A stretch of DNA of 64,000 nucleotides from Promethearchaeota archaeon (lineage in GTDB: Archaea > Asgardarchaeota > Lokiarchaeia > Sigyniarchaeales > SOKP01), in the NCBI GenBank assembly GCA_019057795.1, contig JAHLWS010000073.1:102455-166454 (forward strand), written 5' to 3'. Within the stretch, counting starts at the first letter, position 1, and every line of letters starts with the position of its first letter. The translations under genes were made by a program, and so were the position numbers. Below are positions 49,894-58,992 of this stretch, in pieces. The notes beneath the pieces are model-generated. The model saw only the letters and a list, made by a program, of their open reading frames with translations, made no database searches and was not told the DNA's origin.

Positions 49894-51318
49894 CTATATG
49901 CTTTTTAAAAAAACTATTATTCCCTCAAAATCTTTACTAGTAATTAAGGATTTCAACTCTTGCGTTTTATTTGAAGTGAGCTTTCCATAGGGGAATGTTT
50001 CAATTAATTTTCTCGTTTGATTTAAACCTAAATATTTTCGCGTGTATTCTGCGTTTGAGTATTTATAGGATGTTAAAAATTCGCTGTCTAATTTGAGTCT
50101 AAATTGCTCTAAAATAAAATTAAAATAATTTCTTAAGAGAAGTTGATTATCTGTGGAAATAATTGGCTCTAAGAAGATTTGGATCGGATGGGTTCTATAG
50201 GTTTTATGGGATACATAAATCGCACTAACATCAAAATCTTCATTTATTTGACCTAATCCCGCTCGTCCATTATAAGAGCCTGTATCTACAGTTCTAACAT
50301 ATAAAATATTTGATTCAATTATTCGCTTTAGCTTTTCATTTACTTTAATTTTTAATTTTACATATTGATTGTTTTTGTACTGGTTCGCATCAATTACTTC
50401 GATCTCAAAATTGCCTTTATTTTGCGAAACATCTTCTTTCAATAAATAATACTTAACTATTAATCGATTAACCGCTTTATAACTCTCTAAAAATTCGTCA
50501 AATTTGGAACCTGCCCTGTATTTATATTTTGGGTTTAAATTATAATCCATTTTCAAAATTTCATTTTGCTTTTTGGTCTTTAACCCCGTAAATGTCTGAA
50601 TCTCATCTTGCGGAACTTTTTTCTTCTTGAAAAACCCAATACAAATGTTTGAACCTGTATGTTCAAAGATTTTAGTTTCAATTATTATCATTTTAAGAAT
50701 ATTATAGTATTTTAAAAAATCTAAACGAAATTTATTAGAAACAGATGCGCCATATAAAAAGTTAGTAGGAATTACATAAATCAGATTCTCAACATCGCTA
50801 CGCAAGTCATTAATCATAGCGATTTGATATAAATCTTGATACCCCTTATTTTCTTTTTTAAAATATTGAAGAAACTTTTGGGTTTCGTGGTGCTTCCTAA
50901 TGTAACCTAAATATAAGTATGGTGGATTGGTAATGTGAAAAAGTGGAAACTTTTTTCGTTTTAAATTTTGAGGAAAGCTTTCAAGATTATCACGTTTTTT
51001 AATATTATTTTCTGCGATTTGCTTAGGAATTCCATATTCCTCAGCATTATAAATGCACTTTTGAACCATATCTTTCTGAGTGTCAAATAAAAAAATATGC
51101 CCTCGGAAAAAACTTTCTCGCTTATCATAAGGGATTTCGTTCAAAATTGGCAAAATTAAATTCCCCTCACCTGCGTAAAGATCAACCCATAAGTAATTTT
51201 CTAATAGATCTTTAATTTCAGGAAAAATATATTTATTGAATATTTCAACTGAAGTTAAATGAATACCGAATTTTCGCCTTTTTGTTTTTTCCTTGGAATT
51301 TCTTGAATTATTATCCAT
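49894..51318 (-). CDS. Orphan amino-methyltransferase (probable m6A DNA MTase)
   Basis: Motif I DLYAGEG and motif IV TNPPY. Confidence 0.8.
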   Translation of the reverse strand: MDNNSRNSKEKTKRRKFGIHLTSVEIFNKYIFPEIKDLLENYLWVDLYAGEGNLILPILNEIPYDKRESFFRGHIFLFDTQKDMVQKCIYNAEEYGIPKQIAENNIKKRDNLESFPQNLKRKKFPLFHITNPPYLYLGYIRKHHETQKFLQYFKKENKGYQDLYQIAMINDLRSDVENLIYVIPTNFLYGASVSNKFRLDFLKYYNILKMIIIETKIFEHTGSNICIGFFKKKKVPQDEIQTFTGLKTKKQNEILKMDYNLNPKYKYRAGSKFDEFLESYKAVNRLIVKYYLLKEDVSQNKGNFEIEVIDANQYKNNQYVKLKIKVNEKLKRIIESNILYVRTVDTGSYNGRAGLGQINEDFDVSAIYVSHKTYRTHPIQIFLEPIISTDNQLLLRNYFNFILEQFRLKLDSEFLTSYKYSNAEYTRKYLGLNQTRKLIETFPYGKLTSNKTQELKSLITSKDFEGIIVFLKSI

Positions 51319-51513
51319 TTTTCTGTTAATCTAATCTTGTTTTTATGTAGTTATAGACCTAATTTTTGACATTCAATGTGTTCTTCCATCTTGATACAAT
51401 GTGATATTTAAAATTGGTCTCCGTTTTTTTTAAAAGAGTATTATCATTAGTTGTTATTAAAATATTGAATTAATATCTAATAAAAGTGTGATCAAATAAT
51501 AAAGTGGACAATA

Positions 51514-52725
51514 ATGAGTGATTCTGAGAATAAACTTGTTAAAAATTACATTGCTCAAGTTAAACAGAAACTTCCAGAATGGTTGAAATGGAAAGAAGAA
51601 GAATTAAAAAACATATTAAACGATTTAGAACAGCAGCTTTATAACGAGGCAAGAGCAATTTCTGGAGGAGAATCATTAACTGACGCAGATGTACAAGAAG
51701 CGATCATGCGAATGGGGACTCCCGAAAGCATAGCAAAATTATATAAACGCCGGGGTACACCAAGGTTCTATATTACACAAGAACTCATCGAGTTTTATTT
51801 AAGATCATTGTTTTTTTTCTTTGGAGTTGTGTTTTTTGTTAATATTTTAGGCGCAGTTTTTCAGTTCTTTTTTAAAGTTTGGTGGGAAGTATTAGGAGAG
51901 ATGCTAACTGGAATCTGGATTGGTTGCTTAATCTCCGCAGTTGTAATTACAATAGTATTCGTTTATTTTTCTATGGAAGGTTTCTTACCCGAAGATTTTG
52001 GAATAATTCCCAAGCGCTTGGCCATACTTTTCCCTTTCGATTTTAACGAAGAACAATTGGAAGAATCGAAAATATATACCAAACAAAAAATACAAGAAGC
52101 TAAAGTACTTCGAGAAGAAAAAATGGCAGCAGTTAAACATCGTGTAAAAGAGAAAATAATTGAAGTGAAAGCCATAGAAAAAGAGAAGTTAGCAACGGCT
52201 AAAGTTCTTCGAAAGCAAAAAGTGGAAGAAGCTAAGTTAAAAAGAGAAATCGGTAAAACCCAACCGGTCACTATAGGAGAACTAATATTTGGAACCTTAG
52301 CGGGAATAATTTTTGGTTTAATTCTAATAATCCAACCGTTTGCGGTTACGGGATTAATGCAACAAGCTTTTCTAGATTGGCTTAAGATGATGGGATTTTT
52401 AATTTTAGTAAGTGGTTTATTTAGCCTAGTTCGCCTTGTAATTGGCGTGAGTAATTACACGGGACAACAAGTCTTTTTGGTAATTGGAGCCATCTATAAT
52501 TTAGCTTATATTCCTTTATTTGTGCTACTTATAAACCAGCCAGAGATATTCCCGATTTCTTTGTTTTCAGGAGGTACTATTCCAGCTATACCTGCTGATC
52601 CAACAAACATCATTTTCATCGTTTACTTCTGGGTTATTATTGCAATAATTTTAGGCATTATGGGTGGAATGATTGGAAATTTCTTTAAAGTAGGAAAATA
52701 TTCAAAATTAAAAAAGGCTTATTAA
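51514..52725 (+). CDS. HAAS-domain membrane protein
   Basis: Y..QVK.KLP...MGTPESIA N-terminal domain followed by TM helices. Confidence 0.75.
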   Translation: MSDSENKLVKNYIAQVKQKLPEWLKWKEEELKNILNDLEQQLYNEARAISGGESLTDADVQEAIMRMGTPESIAKLYKRRGTPRFYITQELIEFYLRSLFFFFGVVFFVNILGAVFQFFFKVWWEVLGEMLTGIWIGCLISAVVITIVFVYFSMEGFLPEDFGIIPKRLAILFPFDFNEEQLEESKIYTKQKIQEAKVLREEKMAAVKHRVKEKIIEVKAIEKEKLATAKVLRKQKVEEAKLKREIGKTQPVTIGELIFGTLAGIIFGLILIIQPFAVTGLMQQAFLDWLKMMGFLILVSGLFSLVRLVIGVSNYTGQQVFLVIGAIYNLAYIPLFVLLINQPEIFPISLFSGGTIPAIPADPTNIIFIVYFWVIIAIILGIMGGMIGNFFKVGKYSKLKKAY

Positions 52726-52827
52726 AGCCTTTCTTTTATTTCTTTTTATTTTATTATTTTATTTTTAGATAATTTTAAACACAAATTCAAATTTCAAAAG
52801 TAAATGAGTTAGATTAATTTTTTATTT

Positions 52828-53445
52828 ATGAAAATCAATCGTCTTTCTAACCATTTTTTGAATCAAAAATTAATTAAAATATGTATTTATGTAAGTTTAT
52901 TAACTTTTTTACCTGGCCTTCTTATTGGGGTGTTAATTGCATATTTTTTTGGTCCAGAAAGTTATAACATAATTGACAATTACATTAGTGATTTAATAAT
53001 AGTTTCAGATACAAAAAATATTATTTTTAATTCAAATAAGTCTATTTTTAAAAGAATTCTTTGTATATACATCGATTTACACGCGTTTTTTGGTTTGCTT
53101 TCGCTTCTCTCAGGAGCAGTCGGATTGTTTGGGATAGGGTTATTTAGCGAGGATAGAACTACCGAGTTGGGATTACATTTTACTTTTTCAATTATAGTAT
53201 TCGCAGGATTAGCTTTTGGAGCGTTATTTAACGGCATAGCTATCCTATTAAAATTAAAAAAAACAATGTTTCCAAGACTTCTAGGGCTCTATATGATAGT
53301 AGGTCCATTTACAGCAAGTATCTTGTTTTTGTTTCCACCTAATTCAGTGACAAGACCCTTTCTTGAATGGATGATGCTTCTTGCAGCTTTTCTTTGGTTA
53401 ATCCCCGAATCGCTTCTAATATTAAAAAATTTTAAGTCAGCTTAA
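52828..53445 (+). CDS. DUF998-like membrane protein
   Basis: NYISDL, GIGLFSED, LH and EW motifs. Confidence 0.6.
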   Translation: MKINRLSNHFLNQKLIKICIYVSLLTFLPGLLIGVLIAYFFGPESYNIIDNYISDLIIVSDTKNIIFNSNKSIFKRILCIYIDLHAFFGLLSLLSGAVGLFGIGLFSEDRTTELGLHFTFSIIVFAGLAFGALFNGIAILLKLKKTMFPRLLGLYMIVGPFTASILFLFPPNSVTRPFLEWMMLLAAFLWLIPESLLILKNFKSA

Positions 53446-53581
53446 TCTTATACTGGGTTAATCTAAAAAAAATAATAGTAATTCTAAATTACGCTAAAAC
53501 ACTCTAAATTATCTAAAATTATCTAAAAAAATAGAATTTACGGAAATATTAATAAAAATTAAAAAAAAAAAAGAATTTGAT

Positions 53582-54628
53582 TTATACTTTATAATTTTGT
53601 ATTTTGAATATTTTGTACATATCTTCTGCTAATAATAGTACGGAACCAACAATTATGAGAACGATAATATTCCTGTAAAGACCATAGAATTCGGGAGCAA
53701 TTCCTATATGGACAAATGATTCAGTGACATCATCCCAATTAAGGATTGGGAAGATTTCAGGTTGATTCATCAATATTAACATTAAAGGTATTGGTGCCAA
53801 CTTAACGACGATCGTGATGATGTGAATAAGTTGGTGGGTACTAGGTTGTCGATTACCTATAATTCCTCTCGTAATGTCTAACGCACCCTCAGTAGCTATT
53901 AATGCTCCAAAAATGCGAAGCAAAATAAGAAATTGTGCATCCAGGAAATCTGTAGGAAATGGCAGAAATAGGAATATGCATCCAATTAGTATTACAATAC
54001 CACCACCAATAATTTCACCGATTGGTTTTATGAATGGTTTTAACGGTTTACCCGTTTTCCGGGAAATTGGCCAACCTTTCTCCTCAGCGGTTTCAGCTAA
54101 AAGTTTCTCCTTTGTTAAGTCTTTTTTAGATTTAAAATCCTCAGGAAAATAGCCTTCCATCGACAGTGCTACGAAAATAATGGATATAATAACAAAAGTT
54201 ATTACTAACCCTCCTTGAATATCCGAAATTATTGACAAAAGAACCTTTATGAAAAGTTCGCCTCCAAGGATTAAGTCAAAAACTATCCGAGTAGCTATAC
54301 TTATAGCGACTATTACTGAGAACACTATCAACAAAACTTTCGTGTATAATGGCCACATTTCTTCTGTTATATATACTTTTGGCGTTCCACGACGCTTATA
54401 TTCTTTAGCAATGCTCTCTGGAGCCCCCATGTGGGAAATTGCTAACTTCACTGAACTTTCTGTAGGATTTCCAGTTTCTGACAATTCTTCTGCTTTACTC
54501 CAAATGTGTTCTTCAAGTTCAGCTAGAAGATCTTTATGCTCTTTCTTGTCTTTTAACCAATCAGGTAGTTTTGCCTTCACTTCTTTTAAATATTCCTTAA
54601 TTGTTTTTTCCAAAATTTTTTCACTCAT
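53582..54628 (-). CDS. HAAS-domain membrane protein (paralog of 51514-52725)
   Basis: YLKEVKAKLP...MGAPESIAKEY; shares SMEGY/FFPEDF with the paralog; directly downstream of PadR. Confidence 0.78.
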   Translation of the reverse strand: MSEKILEKTIKEYLKEVKAKLPDWLKDKKEHKDLLAELEEHIWSKAEELSETGNPTESSVKLAISHMGAPESIAKEYKRRGTPKVYITEEMWPLYTKVLLIVFSVIVAISIATRIVFDLILGGELFIKVLLSIISDIQGGLVITFVIISIIFVALSMEGYFPEDFKSKKDLTKEKLLAETAEEKGWPISRKTGKPLKPFIKPIGEIIGGGIVILIGCIFLFLPFPTDFLDAQFLILLRIFGALIATEGALDITRGIIGNRQPSTHQLIHIITIVVKLAPIPLMLILMNQPEIFPILNWDDVTESFVHIGIAPEFYGLYRNIIVLIIVGSVLLLAEDMYKIFKIQNYKV

Positions 54629-54632
54629 TTTT

Positions 54633-55178
54633 TTAACCTCTTGTATTTAATTCTTTTTCTATATTATGACCGCATACGTCACAAAATCGGAGTTCTTCGT
54701 TACTAAGATCTATTTTATTAGCACACATTGGACAATAAAGGTACTTATCTTGTTTTAAATTTACTTTTACATCGAATAAAGGCGCTATTGCTTCAGTAAG
54801 TTTGGAAAAAAATCCTGATAGATAATAGTATATTTTTTCACCATATTCGGTTATGTTATAAAATTTTCTTTTTCTACCAGTTTCTTCTTTTTTAGATTCG
54901 ATTATCCCATCAGATTCTAACTTTCTAAGAATTGGATATAAAGTACCTTCTACAATGACTAACATGTCATTCGTTTGGTCAGTCAAATCTTTTAAGATTT
55001 GATAACCATGTGAACCGTCCTCACCGGCTTGTATAATTATGGATAGTATACAAAGTGAACTTATTCCACGATTAATCTCAGTTTCTTGTTTTTCAACGTA
55101 ATCTCGAAATTTATTTGATGCGATTAAAGCCTTTGAGTCTAATTCTCTCACGCGTTTTATCATGTTTTTCAACTCCAT
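54633..55178 (-). CDS. PadR family transcriptional regulator with a C-terminal zinc ribbon
   Basis: HGYQI, GTLYPILRKLE and RKFYNIT motifs; CPMC...CDVC. Confidence 0.9.
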   Translation of the reverse strand: MELKNMIKRVRELDSKALIASNKFRDYVEKQETEINRGISSLCILSIIIQAGEDGSHGYQILKDLTDQTNDMLVIVEGTLYPILRKLESDGIIESKKEETGRKRKFYNITEYGEKIYYYLSGFFSKLTEAIAPLFDVKVNLKQDKYLYCPMCANKIDLSNEELRFCDVCGHNIEKELNTRG

Positions 55179-55206
55179 TTATTTTATTTTTTATTGATTT
55201 TTTTGA

Positions 55207-55255
55207 ATAGTATTTTATCAATACTGTTTCTTATATAGTATATATAAAATACTAT
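55207..55255. promoter_or_regulatory. Nested palindrome, candidate PadR operator
   Basis: Perfect 12-bp inverted repeat ATAGTATTTTAT/ATAAAATACTAT enclosing ATACTGT-N7-ATAGTAT, just upstream of padR. Confidence 0.5.
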
Positions 55256-55301
55256 ATTTAAATGTTTTCATTTTTTATTATTTGTAAAATAAAAGCTTTT
55301 T

Positions 55302-56168
55302 ATGCTTCACTTATTCATATTTATCAGAATAACAATGGATTTATCTAATAATCTAAAAAACAAACTTGAAAGCCTTATATCTTTTTTAAGTGGAAAAAAG
55401 GTATTAGTGGCTTTTTCAGGTGGAGTTGATAGTAGTTTACTTGCTTTTCTTTCAAATAAATACGCAAAAGAAACGCTACTTGTAACTGAGAAGTCAATAC
55501 TTTATCCTGATGAAGAGATTAAATTAACTAGCGAATTTGCAAAAAAGTACGGCATAACGCACTTGATAATCAAGCGTGATCCTTTAAAAGATGAAAATTT
55601 TAGGGTTAATCCTAAAAATCGGTGTTATATTTGTAAAACAGGTTTATATAAGGATGTTATAAAAATCAAGGAAGAAAGGAATTTCGATTTAATATTAGAT
55701 GGGTCAAATATAGACGATTTATCAGATTATAGACCAGGAATGCAAGCTTTGAAAGAATTAAATATCGCTACTCCTTATATAGATTTCAAGATTAACAAAC
55801 AAGAGATTAGAGAGATATGCAAATACTTTAACTTAGAAGTACAATCGAAACCTTCAATGGCGTGTTTTTCGTCGCGTATACCCTACAATCAAGATATCAA
55901 CGAGGAGAAACTAGATATGATTAGAGAGGCTGAAAAATTCTTGAGAAATTCATACAATTTAAACCAATTACGAGTCAGACTTCACAAAGGAAAGCTAGCA
56001 CGAATTGAACTTATGCCTGAAGATATTATAAAAGTTATGACTGATAAAAACATTAAACACATTAAAACTAAATTCAAACAGTTAGGATTTTGCTATATTA
56101 CGATTGATTTAGAAGGATTTAGGTCTGGGTCACTAAATGAAGTTCTAACTTTTAATGAAGAAGATTAA
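55302..56168 (+). CDS. larE: LarE-like ATP-dependent sacrificial sulfur transferase
   Basis: AFSGGVDS, RCYICK, DYRPG and ACFSSRIP motifs; real start may be the ATG at 55335. Confidence 0.88.
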   Translation: MLHLFIFIRITMDLSNNLKNKLESLISFLSGKKVLVAFSGGVDSSLLAFLSNKYAKETLLVTEKSILYPDEEIKLTSEFAKKYGITHLIIKRDPLKDENFRVNPKNRCYICKTGLYKDVIKIKEERNFDLILDGSNIDDLSDYRPGMQALKELNIATPYIDFKINKQEIREICKYFNLEVQSKPSMACFSSRIPYNQDINEEKLDMIREAEKFLRNSYNLNQLRVRLHKGKLARIELMPEDIIKVMTDKNIKHIKTKFKQLGFCYITIDLEGFRSGSLNEVLTFNEED

Positions 56169-56197
56169 ATTATATGGTATAAAGAAGCTTTAAACAT

Positions 56198-57583
56198 TCA
56201 TAATGATTGTTTTTCAATGTAATCAATAATTTTTTGTCTTTTTTTCAAAGCCTTTGTTGCTGCTTTTTCAATTTTCTTTTCCATTTCTAACTTCAATTCA
56301 GGAGTTTCTTCCCCTATTTCTTGTTTAATTTTAGTGTAGGCAGATTCTCGAAATTGGGGGAGAATTGATCTTTTTTCTTCTCCTTCGTAAATCATAGTTA
56401 CTTGATTAGAATTGTCAACATAACCGATTTCAGCACATTTGATATTTATTGCAGCCAAATCACTAATTATTTGTTCCGATATAGTGTCTGAGCAGTAAAT
56501 TAAAAGCGCGTCTAGTGATACACCTAAGTAATCAACTCCCACTTTTTCTAATAACTCTAACACGATGGGGTTAACGAGTTCTCGTACTCGATGCTCATAA
56601 ATCGTTACGCCTGATTTCGCTTCGTAGTTTATTTCGTATAAATCTCCTCTAAGACCACCGTTTGTAACATCACACATCGCCCTTATGCCTTTAAGATAAT
56701 CTTTTTTTAGCAAGACATTGCATGCCTCTAAGAATTTAATATTCATCGTTTCGTTTACAACCTTATGGTTTCCCGAGTATATTGCGGTTGTCGTAATGGT
56801 CCCACCTCCTGCTCCTTCTGTCATTAATATTTTGTCTCCAACTTGGATATTTCGTCTCGCTAACAAATTATTTCTAACAAGACCGATAGCACTTATCCCT
56901 CCTACTAAGCGATCTCCAATAACCATATCTCCCCCTATTCTTAATGTAGAACCGGCAGTAATTGGTACATGTGAAAGCTCTGCTATTGCCGAAATCCCCG
57001 CCATAAAGTCAAATAATTTTCCTACATCGGCGTCGTCTCCTAAATGGACATCAATCATTATAGAAATTGGTTCTGCTCCTTTTACGTATAGATCGCGCAA
57101 ACACGCTCGTGTAACGTGAAATCCGCATATAAATGGAAAATCGCTGAGACGACTATGGATTCCCTCCATTTTAGAGACAATTATTAAATCCTCCTTTCCT
57201 TCAAAACCTTTAATATTCGATAGTTTAACAGCTCCAGCATCGTCTAAAGAACTAGGAGATAAATATGGTTGTCGTTTCGTTTCTGATAGTTCAGCTATCA
57301 ATTTATGAACAAAAAAATCCCCAGCCCCTCTACACCCTACTCCTTGCTTTCCCACCGTCACATTGGCTTTATTAACAGCTAATAAATCTTTAATGAAAGG
57401 TTCTGAAATTTTTGATATATCGCTCTTCTTACATTCTATTAGAACAGCATTCGCAAGCGTATAAGCTGACTCTATATCAATATCCTTAAAATCAACATAT
57501 TCTTGAACTAACCTCTTAAGAATTTCTTCGTCAGATTTTTTTTGTCTTAATAATCTTCTTGTTAACCCTTCTAAGTCGCTCAA
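56198..57583 (-). CDS. AIR synthase/selenophosphate synthetase-related protein
   Basis: GVGCRGAGDF, GIHSRLSDFPF and DVTNGG motifs. Confidence 0.8.
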   Translation of the reverse strand: MSDLEGLTRRLLRQKKSDEEILKRLVQEYVDFKDIDIESAYTLANAVLIECKKSDISKISEPFIKDLLAVNKANVTVGKQGVGCRGAGDFFVHKLIAELSETKRQPYLSPSSLDDAGAVKLSNIKGFEGKEDLIIVSKMEGIHSRLSDFPFICGFHVTRACLRDLYVKGAEPISIMIDVHLGDDADVGKLFDFMAGISAIAELSHVPITAGSTLRIGGDMVIGDRLVGGISAIGLVRNNLLARRNIQVGDKILMTEGAGGGTITTTAIYSGNHKVVNETMNIKFLEACNVLLKKDYLKGIRAMCDVTNGGLRGDLYEINYEAKSGVTIYEHRVRELVNPIVLELLEKVGVDYLGVSLDALLIYCSDTISEQIISDLAAINIKCAEIGYVDNSNQVTMIYEGEEKRSILPQFRESAYTKIKQEIGEETPELKLEMEKKIEKAATKALKKRQKIIDYIEKQSL

Positions 57584-57739
57584 AACCCTACACCTATTAG
57601 ATACTTTTAAAATTAGATTGATATTAGATTTGAAATTTTATTTTTAAGAATGATAGCAATAATTAGCAAAAAAATCTTTGCTCTTAAAACCGTCTACTTA
57701 GAAAAAAACATTTGACAAAATTATTTTAACTCTAAAATA

Positions 57740-58144
57740 CTATACGTGAATTTTAATTTTTTCTATAGAAGCGGCTTTTTCAATGTTATTAAATAACCTT
57801 TCGAGCGAAAAAGGTTTGTTTTTAAAACTTATAACCCCTATTGAAAGTGCTGTCTCCTTAATTGAGCGATCAGCGCTTATAAAAATAATTTTTGGCTTTA
57901 TGTCGCTTGAGTTTTGGAAAATTTCTTTTGTTGCTTCTATTCCATTTTTAATAGGCATCCTGTGGTCCATTAAAATAATATCTGGTTTAGTAGAAAAACG
58001 GTTGTACATATTTACGGCCTCTTCTCCATCTTTAGCAGAGCCAACGACATTATAACCGTTTAATTTTAAAGCTTTTTCATAAAGTAACCTTAGGGAGTGA
58101 TCATCCTCAACGATAAAAATGGTTATTATAGGAGTCCACCTCAA
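57740..58144 (-). CDS. Stand-alone response regulator receiver (CheY-like)
   Basis: VEDD, MDHRMP and KPF motifs. Confidence 0.92.
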   Translation of the reverse strand: MRWTPIITIFIVEDDHSLRLLYEKALKLNGYNVVGSAKDGEEAVNMYNRFSTKPDIILMDHRMPIKNGIEATKEIFQNSSDIKPKIIFISADRSIKETALSIGVISFKNKPFSLERLFNNIEKAASIEKIKIHV

Positions 58145-58586
58145 GCGCTAAATTTAATTTAATTAATTTCAATTTTTCATAATAATTTCTTCTAACTAAA
58201 ACTAAATGATTTAATAAACTCTATAAAAAAATCTCTTTATAAAAACTTGCTCAATCTTTTTACATCATTGTCTAAAAAACACAAAACCACGATTACAAAT
58301 AACAATATAAGATAACTTTTTTTATAATTGTTTGTTTGTAATAATAATACAATTTTTGATCCTTTATTTTTTGTCTTTTAAGAAATTAAGTTAAAAGCAT
58401 AACAATATATAGATATCAATAAATTAAATTATTAAAATTTAAGATTTTGGGTTCATATTTCCTTAAAACAAAAATAATTATCGTTCTTTTGAGAGATATT
58501 TTTTGATGAATTAACTAAAACTAAAAGGTTTAAATAAGTAGAATCTTTATTTTTAATTGGTAATAAAAACTTTAATAAAAAAAAAA

Positions 58587-58907
58587 ATGCCATTCCATCC
58601 ACATCACCCTAGACACCCTAGACATCCTAGAAATCGTAGAATAAGTCAAAAAATAGGAACTCGACTCATAACATATCTAACTGAGTGCGAAAGCGGAGAG
58701 GAAGTTATCGTATTAAGTGTAAATGCTGGATATAGGGCAAAGACACGCCTTGCTAATTTAGGGATTGTACCAGGAGTAAAAGTGAAAAAAATGAAAAATG
58801 CCCCTTTTCGAGGACCAATAGAAATAAAAGTTAGAGGCTCATCCTTAGTCCTTGGTAGAGGTTTAGCATCTAGAATAATAGTAAGTCGTAACAATTCTTG
58901 TACTTAA
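58587..58907 (+). CDS. feoA: Ferrous iron transport protein A with a His/Pro/Arg-rich N-terminus
   Basis: RLANLGIVPG and GP...LGRG motifs; upstream of feoB. Confidence 0.92.
   Translation: MPFHPHHPRHPRHPRNRRISQKIGTRLITYLTECESGEEVIVLSVNAGYRAKTRLANLGIVPGVKVKKMKNAPFRGPIEIKVRGSSLVLGRGLASRIIVSRNNSCT
58605..58631 (+). repeat. 9-bp coding tandem repeat (CAYCCTAGA)x3 encoding HPR-HPR-HPR
   Basis: caccctaga caccctaga catcctaga. Confidence 0.8.
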
Positions 58908-58992
58908 TAATAGCGTTATAAGATTAAATTAGATTATTTTATATAAATTTCTTAAGAATAATTCATTCAAAAAAGATGGGAAGTTTTAAAAA

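Noticed and set aside
52960-53060. Possible in-frame deletion or intron in the DUF998-like gene after NYISDL
   Set aside because: The frame is open, no BHB was seen, and it cannot be judged without an ortholog alignment
56198-57583. Selenophosphate synthetase SelD
   Set aside because: It lacks the N-terminal Cys/Sec-x-x-Lys motif and fits the broader AIR-synthase-related family
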